Below, piece after piece: positions 8,476-20,809 of a DNA stretch of 32,000 nucleotides. A model generated the notes under the pieces. The model saw only the letters and a program-made list of their open reading frames with translations. It was not told where the DNA came from and did no database searches. Every line of letters starts with the position of its first letter. The first letter of the stretch is position 1. The stretch lies in the NCBI RefSeq assembly GCF_035593305.1, contig NZ_CP141615.1:2045722-2077721 (forward strand), read 5' to 3'. This DNA comes from Carboxydichorda subterranea (GTDB lineage: Bacteria > Bacillota > Limnochordia > Limnochordales > Geochordaceae). A program made the translations under genes and the position numbers.

Positions 8476-10016
8476 CGTGCATCCCCCACCGCTACCCGGG
8501 GCCTTGCTCCCCGTACGCCGCTGGTCTCTTCCACCGCCCGGGCGACGCGCAGGATCTGCGGCTCCCCGAAAGCGGGCCCGATCACCTGCAGCCCGATGGG
8601 CAGGCCCTGCGACGAGAAGCCGCACGGCACCGAGACGCCCGGCAGCCCCGCCAGGTTGACGCTGAGCGTGTAGATGTCGGTCAGGTACATCTGCAGGGGG
8701 TCCTCCACCTTCTCCCCCATGCGAAACGCCACCGTCGGCGCCACCGGGGTGATCAGGGCGTCGACCCTGGCGAACGCCGCCTCGAAGTCGCGCCGGATGA
8801 GCGTGCGCACCTTCTGCGCCTTGAGGTAAAACGCCTCGTAGTACCCGGCGCTCAAGGCGTACGTACCGAGCATGATGCGCCGTTTCACCTCGGGGCCGAA
8901 CCCCTCTCGCCGGGTCTTGGAGAACTGCTGGACGATGTCGTCGCCCGGCACCCGCAGCCCGTAGCGCACCCCGTCGTAGCGGGCCAGGTTGGAACTCGCC
9001 TCCGAGGGGGCAATGATGTAGTAGACGGGCAGCGCGTACGCGAGGTGCGGGATGCGCACCTCGACGATCTGGGCCCCTTCCCTCTCCAGGCGCCGGACGG
9101 CGCCCATGACCGCCTCCCGCACCTCGCCGTCGAGCCCTTCGCCGAAGTAGTCGGGCGAAAGGCCCAGCCGCAGCCCCTTCACGCCCTCTTCGAGGGTGCG
9201 GAGCACGGGCTCGGGGGGCCGGGGCGCCGACGTGGAGTCCAGGGGATCATGCCCGGCGATGGCTTCGTAGACCAGCGCGGCGTCCTCCACCGTCCGGGCC
9301 AGCGGGCCGACCTGGTCGAGCGAGGAGGCGAAGGCGATGAGCCCGTACCGGGAGACCGACCCGTAGGTCGGCTTGAGGCCCACGACCCCGCAATAGGCCG
9401 CCGGCAGCCGCACGGAGCCCCCCGTGTCGGAGCCGAGTGAAAAGACCGCCTCTCCTGCGGCCACCGCCGCCGCCGACCCCCCGCTCGAGCCGCCCGGCAC
9501 CCGGCTCAGGTCCCACGGGTTGCGGGTGACGCCCAGGGCGGAGTTTTCGGTCGACGAGCCCATGGCGAACTCGTCCATGTTGACCTTGCCCAGCATGACC
9601 GCCCCGCGCTCGTCGAGGCGCCGGACGGCCGTCGCACTGTACGGCGGCACGAATTGCTCCAGCATCTTCGAGCCGCACGTCGTGCGCACGCCGGCCGTGC
9701 ACAGGACGTCCTTGCACGCCCACGGGATCCCGAGCAGCAGCTCGGGCCCGCCGGCCGAGCTCTGCAAGCCGGAGGGGCTCGAGGCGGTCTGCGAGCGAGG
9801 CTCCTGCCGCAGCCGCCGCAGCTGCTCGTCGGCAGCGCCGGCCTGGGCCAGCGCCCGGTCGGCGACCACGGTCAGATAAGCGCCGACCGACGGGTCGACC
9901 CGCTCGATCTGGCGCAGGTGCGCTTCGGCCAGCTCCCGGGCCGTGACCTCGCCCCGGCGGAGCAGCCCGGCGAGCTCCCGGATACTGGCGAAGACCAGCG
10001 ACGATGGATCGGCCAT
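8472..10016 (-). CDS. gatA: Asp/Glu-tRNA(Asn/Gln) amidotransferase subunit A
   Basis: It carries the amidase signature ([18 protein letters not shown] and [14 protein letters not shown]). It lies between gatC and gatB. Confidence 0.95.
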   Translation of the reverse strand: MADPSSLVFASIRELAGLLRRGEVTARELAEAHLRQIERVDPSVGAYLTVVADRALAQAGAADEQLRRLRQEPRSQTASSPSGLQSSAGGPELLLGIPWACKDVLCTAGVRTTCGSKMLEQFVPPYSATAVRRLDERGAVMLGKVNMDEFAMGSSTENSALGVTRNPWDLSRVPGGSSGGSAAAVAAGEAVFSLGSDTGGSVRLPAAYCGVVGLKPTYGSVSRYGLIAFASSLDQVGPLARTVEDAALVYEAIAGHDPLDSTSAPRPPEPVLRTLEEGVKGLRLGLSPDYFGEGLDGEVREAVMGAVRRLEREGAQIVEVRIPHLAYALPVYYIIAPSEASSNLARYDGVRYGLRVPGDDIVQQFSKTRREGFGPEVKRRIMLGTYALSAGYYEAFYLKAQKVRTLIRRDFEAAFARVDALITPVAPTVAFRMGEKVEDPLQMYLTDIYTLSVNLAGLPGVSVPCGFSSQGLPIGLQVIGPAFGEPQILRVARAVEETSGVRGARPRVAVGDAR

Positions 10017-10025
10017 GGATGCGTA

Positions 10026-10322
10026 CTACCCTTCTTCGATGATGCGGGGCACCCGGAACATGTCCTGCTCCGGCTCGGGCGCGTTGGCCAGGACCTTCTC
10101 CCGGGGCATCGACGGCCGCACCGCGTCCGGCCGCATGACGTTCTGCAGCGGGAGCGGGTAGAAGGTCGGGTCGACCCCTTCGGTGTCGAGCTCCCCGAGG
10201 CGAGCCGCGGCGCTCAGGATGTCGCCCAGCTGCCGGGCGTAGCGCTCCACCTCTTCGTCCGTCAGCTCGAGCCTCGCAAGACGCGCCACGTGGCGCACCT
10301 CTTCCGGCGTGATGCCAGCCAT
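10026..10322 (-). CDS. gatC: Asp/Glu-tRNA(Asn/Gln) amidotransferase subunit C
   Basis: A 98-aa protein beginning ITPEEVRHVARLARLELTDEEVERYARQLGDIL, immediately upstream of gatA. Confidence 0.93.
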   Translation of the reverse strand: MAGITPEEVRHVARLARLELTDEEVERYARQLGDILSAAARLGELDTEGVDPTFYPLPLQNVMRPDAVRPSMPREKVLANAPEPEQDMFRVPRIIEEG

Positions 10323-10345
10323 GTCTCGGCCTTTCCCGCCTTTCG

Positions 10346-13806
<3,461 letters not shown>

Positions 13807-14253
13807 GCCGCTGCTCCGGCGACCCCGGCGGCCGGCGTATCCCCCAGGAAGGGTCGTTCCTACCTGTCTAGGGTCCCAAGACTAAAGACCTATGCGCATG
13901 TAACATTCCTCTCGATCCCATGGCGCTCCTTGTCTGGTCTGGAGGAAGCTTACTGAAACTGTCGAATCGTACCAACGTCCGGGGTAGGGGGTGGGTAGGA
14001 TATCGACCAACAGCCCGAGCCACGCATCTTAGCCTGCTGGACAGCCAGGCCCGGTACCGTCGGAAGCTCCGGGGCGAAGGCTGCGCGGGCATCGCCGCAG
14101 GGCAGTCGAGCCTTCACTCGCTCTCGTCTCGCACACTCCTGCCGCGTCGGCAGGTGACGGTGCGCTCGCACCAGTGGACTCGCCGTGCGGGATTCTCCTT
14201 CCCTCGCCTTACCTCGGCATGGGGGGCTACCGGCCGAAGGGAGGCCTGCGGCG

Positions 14254-15000
14254 GTGCAGGAAGCGTCAGAGTCGCGCGCATCCGCGGCGTTCGGACGGCG
14301 GGCTACGGCGGTTACCAGGGTTGTCCCGTTTCGGTGCCTTGCCGGCTCCACCCGGGAAGCGATGGCGCGTGCGCTGGAGCCCAGGGAGTTGTCGGCGCGC
14401 GAGCGACTGTTCACCCAGGGGATCCGGGCCGACGCCCTGTACCTGGTCGACTCCGGGCTGGCCCAGCTGATTCGCGAGGAGTCGCCGGGCGAGCTTCGAG
14501 TCGCCGGCCTGGTGGGCCCCGGTTGGGTGCTCGCAGCGGGCGAGGTGATGGACGGCCTTCCCTATCGTACGAGCTGCCGTTCGGTGGGACAGGCCCTCGT
14601 GTGGAGGCTCGAGCGGCGGGTGGTACTGGAGCTGGTGGAGCGCGATCCGCGGCTGCGGCTGGCGCTCGCCCTGCTCTCCGGTCGCTCTCCGCACGGGGCC
14701 CCGGCCACGCCGGGCTTGCTCCCGGACGTCGCCGCCGACCCGGCACGTGAGGCGCAACGGGTCGCCGGAGCGGTCCTGCACCTGGCTCGGGTCGCCGGCA
14801 AACTCGACGGGTCCGGCCTGCTGCTGTTGCCGGCAGGCCCGGAGGATCTGGCCTGTCTCGCAGGCGCCAGCGCCGCCGTGGTGCACGAAGCCCTGGCTCG
14901 ACTCGAGCGCCGGAAGGTGCTGGTCGCCCGAGACCCGGCGGGCCTGCGGTTCGATCCAGCACGGCTGGCAGAAGCGGAGACAGAGCAGCAACCCCCATGA
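14254..15000 (+). CDS. Crp/Fnr-family transcriptional regulator (cNMP-binding domain plus C-terminal HTH)
   Basis: The effector-domain pattern is FRCLAGSTREAMARALEPRELSARERLFTQGIRADALYLVDSGLAQL. The C-terminal HTH is PEDLACLAGASAAVVHEALARLERRKVLV. The preferred start is GTG 14254, with GAAGGGAGG (14236-14244) 9 nt upstream. The ORF is open from 14185. Confidence 0.72.
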   Translation: MQEASESRASAAFGRRATAVTRVVPFRCLAGSTREAMARALEPRELSARERLFTQGIRADALYLVDSGLAQLIREESPGELRVAGLVGPGWVLAAGEVMDGLPYRTSCRSVGQALVWRLERRVVLELVERDPRLRLALALLSGRSPHGAPATPGLLPDVAADPAREAQRVAGAVLHLARVAGKLDGSGLLLLPAGPEDLACLAGASAAVVHEALARLERRKVLVARDPAGLRFDPARLAEAETEQQPP

Positions 15001-15099
15001 GGGATGGGAGGAGGCGTTGAAGCCGCTCGGGATTCAAACTCGATGCCTCAGAAGAGTTGGAGCCTCTGAGCTCGTGATAGTTCGAAAGGAGGGCTTCTC

Positions 15100-15573
15100 G
15101 TGAGCCTGTTGCGGAACCGCTGGCGGAAGGTGCTCAAGTCCCTTCGAAACGACAAAGGCTTCACGCTGATGGAGCTCATGGTGGTCGTCGCCATCATCGC
15201 CATCTTGGCCACCGGTGGGTTTGTGGCATACGACCAGTTCGTTCAGCGGGCGGTGAACAGCTCCGCACAGCAGTTTGCGGCCGCACTCCGTACCGCGGTA
15301 CAGTTTTACGAACTGGAGAACAACGCGAGCCCTGCCGATGCCTCAAAGGCGACCACCACGAAGAACCTCTCTGAGGTTGGGCTGGATACAGCGGAGTTGA
15401 CCCTGTTACCCAGTGACGGCTCTGTTGGAACCAAAGCCGGCTTCTGGGTAAACTGCCCTTCCGAAAACGATACGACCTGGAAAGTCACCGCTGTGCGAAG
15501 TGGCCGTACAAGTACCGAGGTCACGGTGACAACGGGCATTAAGCCGCCCTCAGGTGCCTGTAGTCAGGACTAG
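15100..15573 (+). CDS. pilA: Type IV (major) pilin precursor
   Basis: The prepilin motif is KG|FTLMELMVVVAIIAILA (Gly-1, Phe+1, Glu+5). GTG 15100 has AAGGAGGG 6 nt upstream. It is the first gene of the pilus cluster, and its GC content is lower than the flanks. Confidence 0.85.
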   Translation: MSLLRNRWRKVLKSLRNDKGFTLMELMVVVAIIAILATGGFVAYDQFVQRAVNSSAQQFAAALRTAVQFYELENNASPADASKATTTKNLSEVGLDTAELTLLPSDGSVGTKAGFWVNCPSENDTTWKVTAVRSGRTSTEVTVTTGIKPPSGACSQD

Positions 15574-15583
15574 CGCTCTCTAA

Positions 15584-15612
15584 CTGCCGCAGATGTGAAG
15601 TTTGAGCGGCAG
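15584..15612 (+). terminator. Weak hairpin after pilA (possible attenuator between the pilin and assembly genes)
   Basis: CTGCCGC (15584-15590) pairs with GCGGCAG (15606-15612) across a 15-nt loop. There is no U-tract. Confidence 0.2.
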
Positions 15613-15623
15613 GGACCTCGGGG

Positions 15624-17423
15624 ATGGGCAACGCGGTGCGGATCACGGGGCGTAGAGGCCTAGGAGATACCCTGGTCGACCAGGGGCTTGTCACCCCAGC
15701 GCAGCTGCAGGAGGCCGTGGCCGAGCAGCGGCGGACGGGCAAGAGCATCGTGCGGGCGCTGCTCGATCTCGAGCTCGTGAGCCCCGGCCAGATGGCCGAC
15801 GCGCTGTCCGCGTACCTCGGCATCCCGCGTGTTCGATGGGACCAGGTGGAACTCCGCCCCGAGCTCGCCCGCGTGCTGCCCGAGCGGTTCTTGAAAGAAG
15901 GGGTGCTGCCCGTGCGGGTGGAGGGCAGCACCCTCTTCCTCGCCATGGTCGACCCCATGGACGTCATGCTCCTCGACGACGTGCAGGCGGCCACCGGCAT
16001 GCACGTCGTACCGCTGGTGGCCACGGAGCCGGAGATCGAGGTGGCGCGGGGGCAGGTCTTCAGCCTGGCCCTCTCCACCGAGGAAGTCGTCGAGCAAATC
16101 GAGCCCGAGGAAGAGCCTCTCAACGAGCAGGAGCTCATCGACCCCAACTCCCCGGCCGTCCGCATGGTCAACCTCATCCTGGCCGACGCCGTCCAGCGGC
16201 GGGCCAGCGACGTCCATCTGGAACCGCAAAGAGATCGCCTGCGCGTGCGCTTTCGCATCGACGGCCTGCTGCGAGACGTCAGCACGGTTCCCCGCCAGCT
16301 CATGCCGAGCGTCGTCTCCCGGGTGAAGGTCATGGCCGGGCTCGACATCGCCGAGCACCGGCGCCCGCAGGACGGCCAGATCCAGATGCGGATCGGCGAG
16401 GCGCAGGTCGACATGCGAGTCTCCGTCATGCCGACCATCCACGGCGAGAAGGCCGTGGTGCGGTTGCTCAACCGGAGCGCCGGGCTCATCACGCTCGACC
16501 AGTTAGGTTTCCTGCCCGAGGCGCGCCTCCAGGTCGACGAGATGCTGCGCCAGCGCCAGGGCCTCATCCTGCTCACGGGGCCCACCGGGAGCGGCAAGTC
16601 GACGACCCTTTACGCCTTTTTGCAGGCGCTCAACACGCCCGAGCGCAACATCATCACGGTGGAAGATCCGGTGGAGTACCACGTGGACGGCATCACGCAG
16701 GTGCAGATCAATCCCCGGGCCGGCATCACCTTCGCCAACACGCTGCGCAGCGTGCTCCGCCAGGACCCCGACGTGCTCATGGTCGGGGAGATCCGGGATC
16801 AGGAGACCGCGCAGATCGCGGTGCGGGCAGCCCTCACCGGGCACCTGGTGCTTTCGACGCTGCACACCAACTCGGCGCCCGGCAGCGTGGTGCGGCTCAT
16901 GGACATGGGGGTCGAGCCGTACTTGCTGAGCGCCACCCTGGTGGGGGTCGTCGCGCAGCGCCTGGTGCGGGCCGTCTGCCGCGACTGCCGGACGACGGGC
17001 GTGCCGGAGCTCACGCCGGCCGAACGGAGCTTCCTCGGCCCCGCCTATCACGGCGAGCCCCTCGCCTGGGGGCGCGGCTGCCAGGTGTGCGAAGGCACGG
17101 GCTTTCGCGGCCGGGTCCTGATCGAGGAGGTGCTCCTGGTGGACCGGGCCATCCGCGATCACATCGCCGGGCAGCCCTCCGAGGATACCTTGCGGCAGCT
17201 CGCCATGAAGGCAGGCATGAAGACGCTCAAGGAAAGCGGCATCGCCAAGGCGCTGATGGGAATCACCACCGTGGGCGAGGTCTTCCGGGCGCTGTACAGC
17301 CTCGACGAGTGGAACGGCAAGGAACCATGGCAAACCGGCGGCACGGGCGAGGCCGCGGCCGCGCTCGCCACCGCAGGGACTGAACAACCTTCGAGTCTCG
17401 AGGCCGAAGAGGTGCGCCCATGA
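15624..17423 (+). CDS. pilB: Type IV pilus assembly (extension) ATPase, GspE/PilB family
   Basis: It has an N-terminal T2SSE_N/MshEN-like domain, Walker A (GPTGSGKSTTLYA), Asp and His boxes, and a tetra-Cys motif (CRDC...CQVCEGTG). Confidence 0.93.
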   Translation: MGNAVRITGRRGLGDTLVDQGLVTPAQLQEAVAEQRRTGKSIVRALLDLELVSPGQMADALSAYLGIPRVRWDQVELRPELARVLPERFLKEGVLPVRVEGSTLFLAMVDPMDVMLLDDVQAATGMHVVPLVATEPEIEVARGQVFSLALSTEEVVEQIEPEEEPLNEQELIDPNSPAVRMVNLILADAVQRRASDVHLEPQRDRLRVRFRIDGLLRDVSTVPRQLMPSVVSRVKVMAGLDIAEHRRPQDGQIQMRIGEAQVDMRVSVMPTIHGEKAVVRLLNRSAGLITLDQLGFLPEARLQVDEMLRQRQGLILLTGPTGSGKSTTLYAFLQALNTPERNIITVEDPVEYHVDGITQVQINPRAGITFANTLRSVLRQDPDVLMVGEIRDQETAQIAVRAALTGHLVLSTLHTNSAPGSVVRLMDMGVEPYLLSATLVGVVAQRLVRAVCRDCRTTGVPELTPAERSFLGPAYHGEPLAWGRGCQVCEGTGFRGRVLIEEVLLVDRAIRDHIAGQPSEDTLRQLAMKAGMKTLKESGIAKALMGITTVGEVFRALYSLDEWNGKEPWQTGGTGEAAAALATAGTEQPSSLEAEEVRP

Positions 17424-18454
17424 ACGAGACGCTGGATACGTTGCTGCGGATCACGGTAGAGCGACACGCCTCGGACCTCCACCTGACCTCGGGCGTGCCA
17501 CCCATGCTGCGCATCCACGGGCGGCTCGAACCGCTCGACGGATACAAGGTCCTGATGCCGGCGGACCTGGAGGGGCTCATCCGGCCCATCCTCAACGAGG
17601 GGCTGTTGCGCACGTTCGAGCAACAGGGCCAGGTGGATCTGTCGCACGGGGTGCCGGGGGTCGGGCGGTTCCGGTGCAACGTCTTTCGCCAGCGGGGTTC
17701 GTGGGGCATGGCCGCCCGGGTGATCCCGGCCGAGGTCCCGTCGCTCGACCAGCTCGGGCTGCCCCCGGTGGTCGCCGACCTTTGCGGGCGGGTCGACGGG
17801 CTCATCCTGGTGACCGGGCCCACCGGCAGCGGCAAGTCGACGACGCTCGCCGCCATGATCGATCACATCAACCAGCACCGTAAGACCGTCATCATCACGC
17901 TGGAGGACCCCATCGAGTACCTGCACCGCCACAAGATGAGCGTCATCAACCAGCGGGAGATCGGCACCGACACGACGTCGTTCGCGGCCGCGCTGCGGGG
18001 AGCGCTCAGGGCCGACCCCGACGTCGTGCTGGTCGGGGAGATGCGGGACCTGGATACGGTCGCCACGGCCCTGCGGGCCGCCGAGACAGGGCATCTGGTA
18101 CTTTCGACGCTTCACACCCGGGGCGCGGCGGAGACGGTGGAGCGGGTCATCGACATGTTTCCGCCCGAACAGCAGCGGCAAATCCAGCTGCAGTTCGCCT
18201 CGACCATTCAGGCGGTCATCTCGCAGCGGCTGCTCCCGAGGGCGGACGGGCAGGGGCGGGTGCTGGCCTGCGAGGTGATGGTGGCCACGCCGGCCATCCG
18301 CACCATGATCCGGGAGAGTAAGTGGCACCAGATCCCGGCCGCCATCGAGACGGGGGCGCGGTTCGGGATGCGCACGCTGGAGGCCTCCATGCGGGCGTTG
18401 CTGGAGCGGGGGCTCATCGATCCCGAGGAGATGCTGGCGCTCAAGCGGGAGTAG
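17420..18454 (+). CDS. pilT: Twitching-motility (retraction) ATPase
   Basis: Length is 344 aa. Walker A is GPTGSGKSTTLAAM. The PilT signature is AIRTMIRESK (compare AIRNLIRE). The ATGA junction overlaps the pilB stop. Confidence 0.93.
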   Translation: MNETLDTLLRITVERHASDLHLTSGVPPMLRIHGRLEPLDGYKVLMPADLEGLIRPILNEGLLRTFEQQGQVDLSHGVPGVGRFRCNVFRQRGSWGMAARVIPAEVPSLDQLGLPPVVADLCGRVDGLILVTGPTGSGKSTTLAAMIDHINQHRKTVIITLEDPIEYLHRHKMSVINQREIGTDTTSFAAALRGALRADPDVVLVGEMRDLDTVATALRAAETGHLVLSTLHTRGAAETVERVIDMFPPEQQRQIQLQFASTIQAVISQRLLPRADGQGRVLACEVMVATPAIRTMIRESKWHQIPAAIETGARFGMRTLEASMRALLERGLIDPEEMLALKRE

Positions 18455-18493
18455 CGGCACAGCAAGAAGGGGCAGGCGCCGGGAGGGGTTGGG

Positions 18494-19747
18494 GTGTCCG
18501 TTCCCTTCGAGTACAGGGCGAGGGACAAGACCGGGCGGGCGGTCAGCGGCGTCATCGACGCCGAGGACAGCGCGGCGGCGGTACGGCGGCTGCGCCAGGA
18601 AGGGCTCTACGTCTCGTCGGTGCGGCCTGCTTCCAGAGCCGGCGCCAGAGGGGCGGCCGGGCGCGGGGCGGGCGCCGGGGCCGGGGCGCTGGGCGTCCTG
18701 AGCCGGGGGCGCAGGCCCTCGGCGGCCGACGTGGCGCTGTTGTGCAGCCAGTTCGCCATGATGCTCAGGGCGGGGCTGACGGCGGCCGACGGGCTGCGGC
18801 TGCTCGTGCAGCAGACCTCCAACCGCAGGCTGCGCGAGGCGCTCGAGGCAGTGCGCCGGGACGTCTCCACCGGGTCGTCGCTCGCCAGGAGCTTCGGGCG
18901 GCACGGCGACGTCTTCCCCCAGCTGCTCGTGCAGATGGTCGAAGTCGGCGAGGTGACGGGCGCCCTCGAGGAAGTGCTCAACCGCACCGGCGCGTACTAC
19001 CAGCGGGAGCACGAACTGCGGGCCAAAGTGCGGGAGGCCCTCGCCTACCCCACCCTCGTCGCCATCGTGGCGCTGGTCGTGATCAACGTCTTGCTGCTGT
19101 TCGTGCTGCCGACCTTCGTGGGGTTCTTCCGGCAGGCGGGGATGCCGCTGCCCCTGGCGACCCGCGTGCTGCTCGGGGTGCAGGAGTTCACGTCGCGGTG
19201 GTGGTGGGCCGTCGCAGCGGCGGTCGTCGCCGCAGCCACGGCCTTGCGCCAGTACGTGCGCACCCCTCGCGGCCGCCTGGAGCGGGACCGCTTCCTGCTG
19301 CGGGCGCCCATCTTCGGAGGGCTCGTGACCCGCACGGTGCTCGCCCGCCTCACCCGCACCCTGGGGCTCGGGCTGCGCAGCGGGATTTCCATGGTCGAGG
19401 CGCTGCGCGCGGCGCAGCGGGTGGTGGGCAACGAGGCGATGGCCCAGGCGATGGCGGGCGTCATCGCCGGCGTCGAGAAAGGCCAGAGCGTCGCGAAGGC
19501 GATGGCGGCCCAGAAACTCTTCCCCGAACTGCTCGTCCAGATGGTCGCCGTGGGGGAGACCACGGGCAGCGTGGAGGAGATGATGGAGCACCTGGCCACC
19601 CGCTACGACGGCGAGGTGGAGCGGGCGGTCAAGACCCTCATCTCGCTGCTCGAACCCGCCATCATCATCGTGCTGGCCGGCGTGGTGCTGCTCATCGTGG
19701 CGTCGGTGATGCTGCCGCTGTTCCAGTCGGCGGGGCTCGTCCAGTAG
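18494..19747 (+). CDS. pilC: Type IV pilus platform protein, GspF/PilC family
   Basis: It has two T2SSF repeats (LLCSQFAMMLRAGL..., LTRTLGLGLRSGIS...) and three hydrophobic TM segments. GTG 18494 has GGGAGGGG 5 nt upstream. Confidence 0.9.
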   Translation: MSVPFEYRARDKTGRAVSGVIDAEDSAAAVRRLRQEGLYVSSVRPASRAGARGAAGRGAGAGAGALGVLSRGRRPSAADVALLCSQFAMMLRAGLTAADGLRLLVQQTSNRRLREALEAVRRDVSTGSSLARSFGRHGDVFPQLLVQMVEVGEVTGALEEVLNRTGAYYQREHELRAKVREALAYPTLVAIVALVVINVLLLFVLPTFVGFFRQAGMPLPLATRVLLGVQEFTSRWWWAVAAAVVAAATALRQYVRTPRGRLERDRFLLRAPIFGGLVTRTVLARLTRTLGLGLRSGISMVEALRAAQRVVGNEAMAQAMAGVIAGVEKGQSVAKAMAAQKLFPELLVQMVAVGETTGSVEEMMEHLATRYDGEVERAVKTLISLLEPAIIIVLAGVVLLIVASVMLPLFQSAGLVQ

Positions 19748-19759
19748 GGGGCCGGCGAG

Positions 19760-20809
19760 GTGGCGCAACTGGTGGTCGGCATCGACCTCGGGCACAAAGA
19801 GGTGAAAGTCGCGCAGCTGCGGCGCCGCCGGCGCTCGCACCGGGTGGAACGCCTGCTGCGCATCCCCGTACCGGCCCAGGCCATCGCCCAGGGCCGTATC
19901 GAGGCCCGCGAGAGGTTGAGGGACGCGCTCAGGCCCGCGTTCGGCGGGCTGCGCCTGGAGCAGCTCCATGTCGTCGTGGCCATGAAGAGCCCCGAGTTCC
20001 TGGTGCGAACGCTCACCCTGCCGCCCATGCCCCCCGGCGAACTGCGCGAGGCGGCCCGCTGGGAGATGGTCGACCTGTTGCAGCTTCCCCGAGAACAGGC
20101 CGATGACCTCCTGGTCGACTGCGAGGTGCTCGAGCAGCCGGCAGACGGCGAGGCCCGGGTCGGCGTGGTCGCGACCCGGAGGCCCGTCGTCCGGGAGGTC
20201 GTCCAGCTCCTGAAAGAGCTGCGGCTTCCGCCGGAGGTGCTGGAGGTCAACGCTTTCGCCCTGGAACGGGCGGTGCGGCGGCCCGGGCACGTCTGCTACC
20301 TCGACGTGGGCGACGCGTTCACCGAGGTGTACGTAGCGTCGGACGGGCGCTACGAGCTCTACCGGCTGCTGCCGATGGGTTTGGACCGCGTCACGGCGGC
20401 GCTCGCCGAGGTGCTGGGAACCTCCCGGGAGCATGCCGAGGCGGCCCGGCAAAGCGAGGAGCTGGGGACGCTCTTGGAGCGTTCCGGCAGCCACCCGGCG
20501 CTTCGCCGGACGGTCCAGGCGCTCCTGGACGCCCTGGCCCAGACGCTCGAGTACGTGCGCACTCAGGGAGCACAGGCGGCGGGGCCGGGCGACGGGGCCG
20601 TCGACGCGATCGTGCTCTCCGGGGGCGGGGCGCTCCAACCGGGCATGGCGGCCCTGCTCCACGAGGAGCTGGGGTATCCGGTGGAGACGGCCGACCCGCT
20701 CCAGGGCCTGGAGCTTGACCCGCGGGTCGGCGAAGCCGTGGGCGAGGGGCTGGCGCCGCTTTTCGCGCCGGCCGTAGGGTTGGCGCTCCGGGGGGTGGAG
20801 GGGCCGTGA
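19760..20809 (+). CDS. pilM: PilM, actin-like pilus assembly protein
   Basis: The N-terminus is VVGIDLGHKEVKVAQL. The motif LTLPPMPPGELREAARWEM is also present. Size and position before pilN fit. Confidence 0.85.
   Translation: MAQLVVGIDLGHKEVKVAQLRRRRRSHRVERLLRIPVPAQAIAQGRIEARERLRDALRPAFGGLRLEQLHVVVAMKSPEFLVRTLTLPPMPPGELREAARWEMVDLLQLPREQADDLLVDCEVLEQPADGEARVGVVATRRPVVREVVQLLKELRLPPEVLEVNAFALERAVRRPGHVCYLDVGDAFTEVYVASDGRYELYRLLPMGLDRVTAALAEVLGTSREHAEAARQSEELGTLLERSGSHPALRRTVQALLDALAQTLEYVRTQGAQAAGPGDGAVDAIVLSGGGALQPGMAALLHEELGYPVETADPLQGLELDPRVGEAVGEGLAPLFAPAVGLALRGVEGP

Noticed and set aside
6691-8673. A 660-aa plus-strand ORF, together with 7097-8482 (-) and 6123-7037 (+)
   Set aside because: These are antisense to or out of frame with gatB and fur, which carry clear signatures. 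Their composition is low-complexity Arg/Gly/Pro/Ala.
9747-9803. A Ser/Gln/Gly-rich insertion of about 18 aa in GatA ([19 protein letters not shown]), the Pro/Ala-rich N-terminal tract of LigA, and the Arg/Gly/Ala-rich tract in PilC (about 18600-18700)
   Set aside because: These are low-complexity loops of the kind common in high-GC genomes. Nothing suggests a distinct function.
13962-13974. TCGAATCGTACCA, which superficially resembles a tRNA T-loop plus a CCA end
   Set aside because: There is no room for T-stem and acceptor-stem pairing between the loop and the CCA, and no cloverleaf can be drawn.
13981-13999. The G-run cluster GGGGTAGGGGGTGGGTAGG as a possible G-quadruplex
   Set aside because: The fourth run has only two Gs, and G-runs are expected by chance at about 70% GC.
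15055-15075. A sigma-54-type promoter (GG-N10-GC) upstream of pilA
   Set aside because: In TTGGAGCCTCTGAGC, the GG and GC elements are one nucleotide too close and the flanking consensus is poor. I could not call a convincing sigma-70 promoter in 15001-15099 either.
17159-20662. A 1167-aa ORF on the minus strand, the longest ORF in the track
   Set aside because: It is antisense to pilB, pilT, pilC and pilM, all of which have unmistakable family motifs on the plus strand. Its product is Arg/Pro/Gly/His-rich with no recognisable motif. This is the typical stop-codon-poor shadow frame of very GC-rich DNA.
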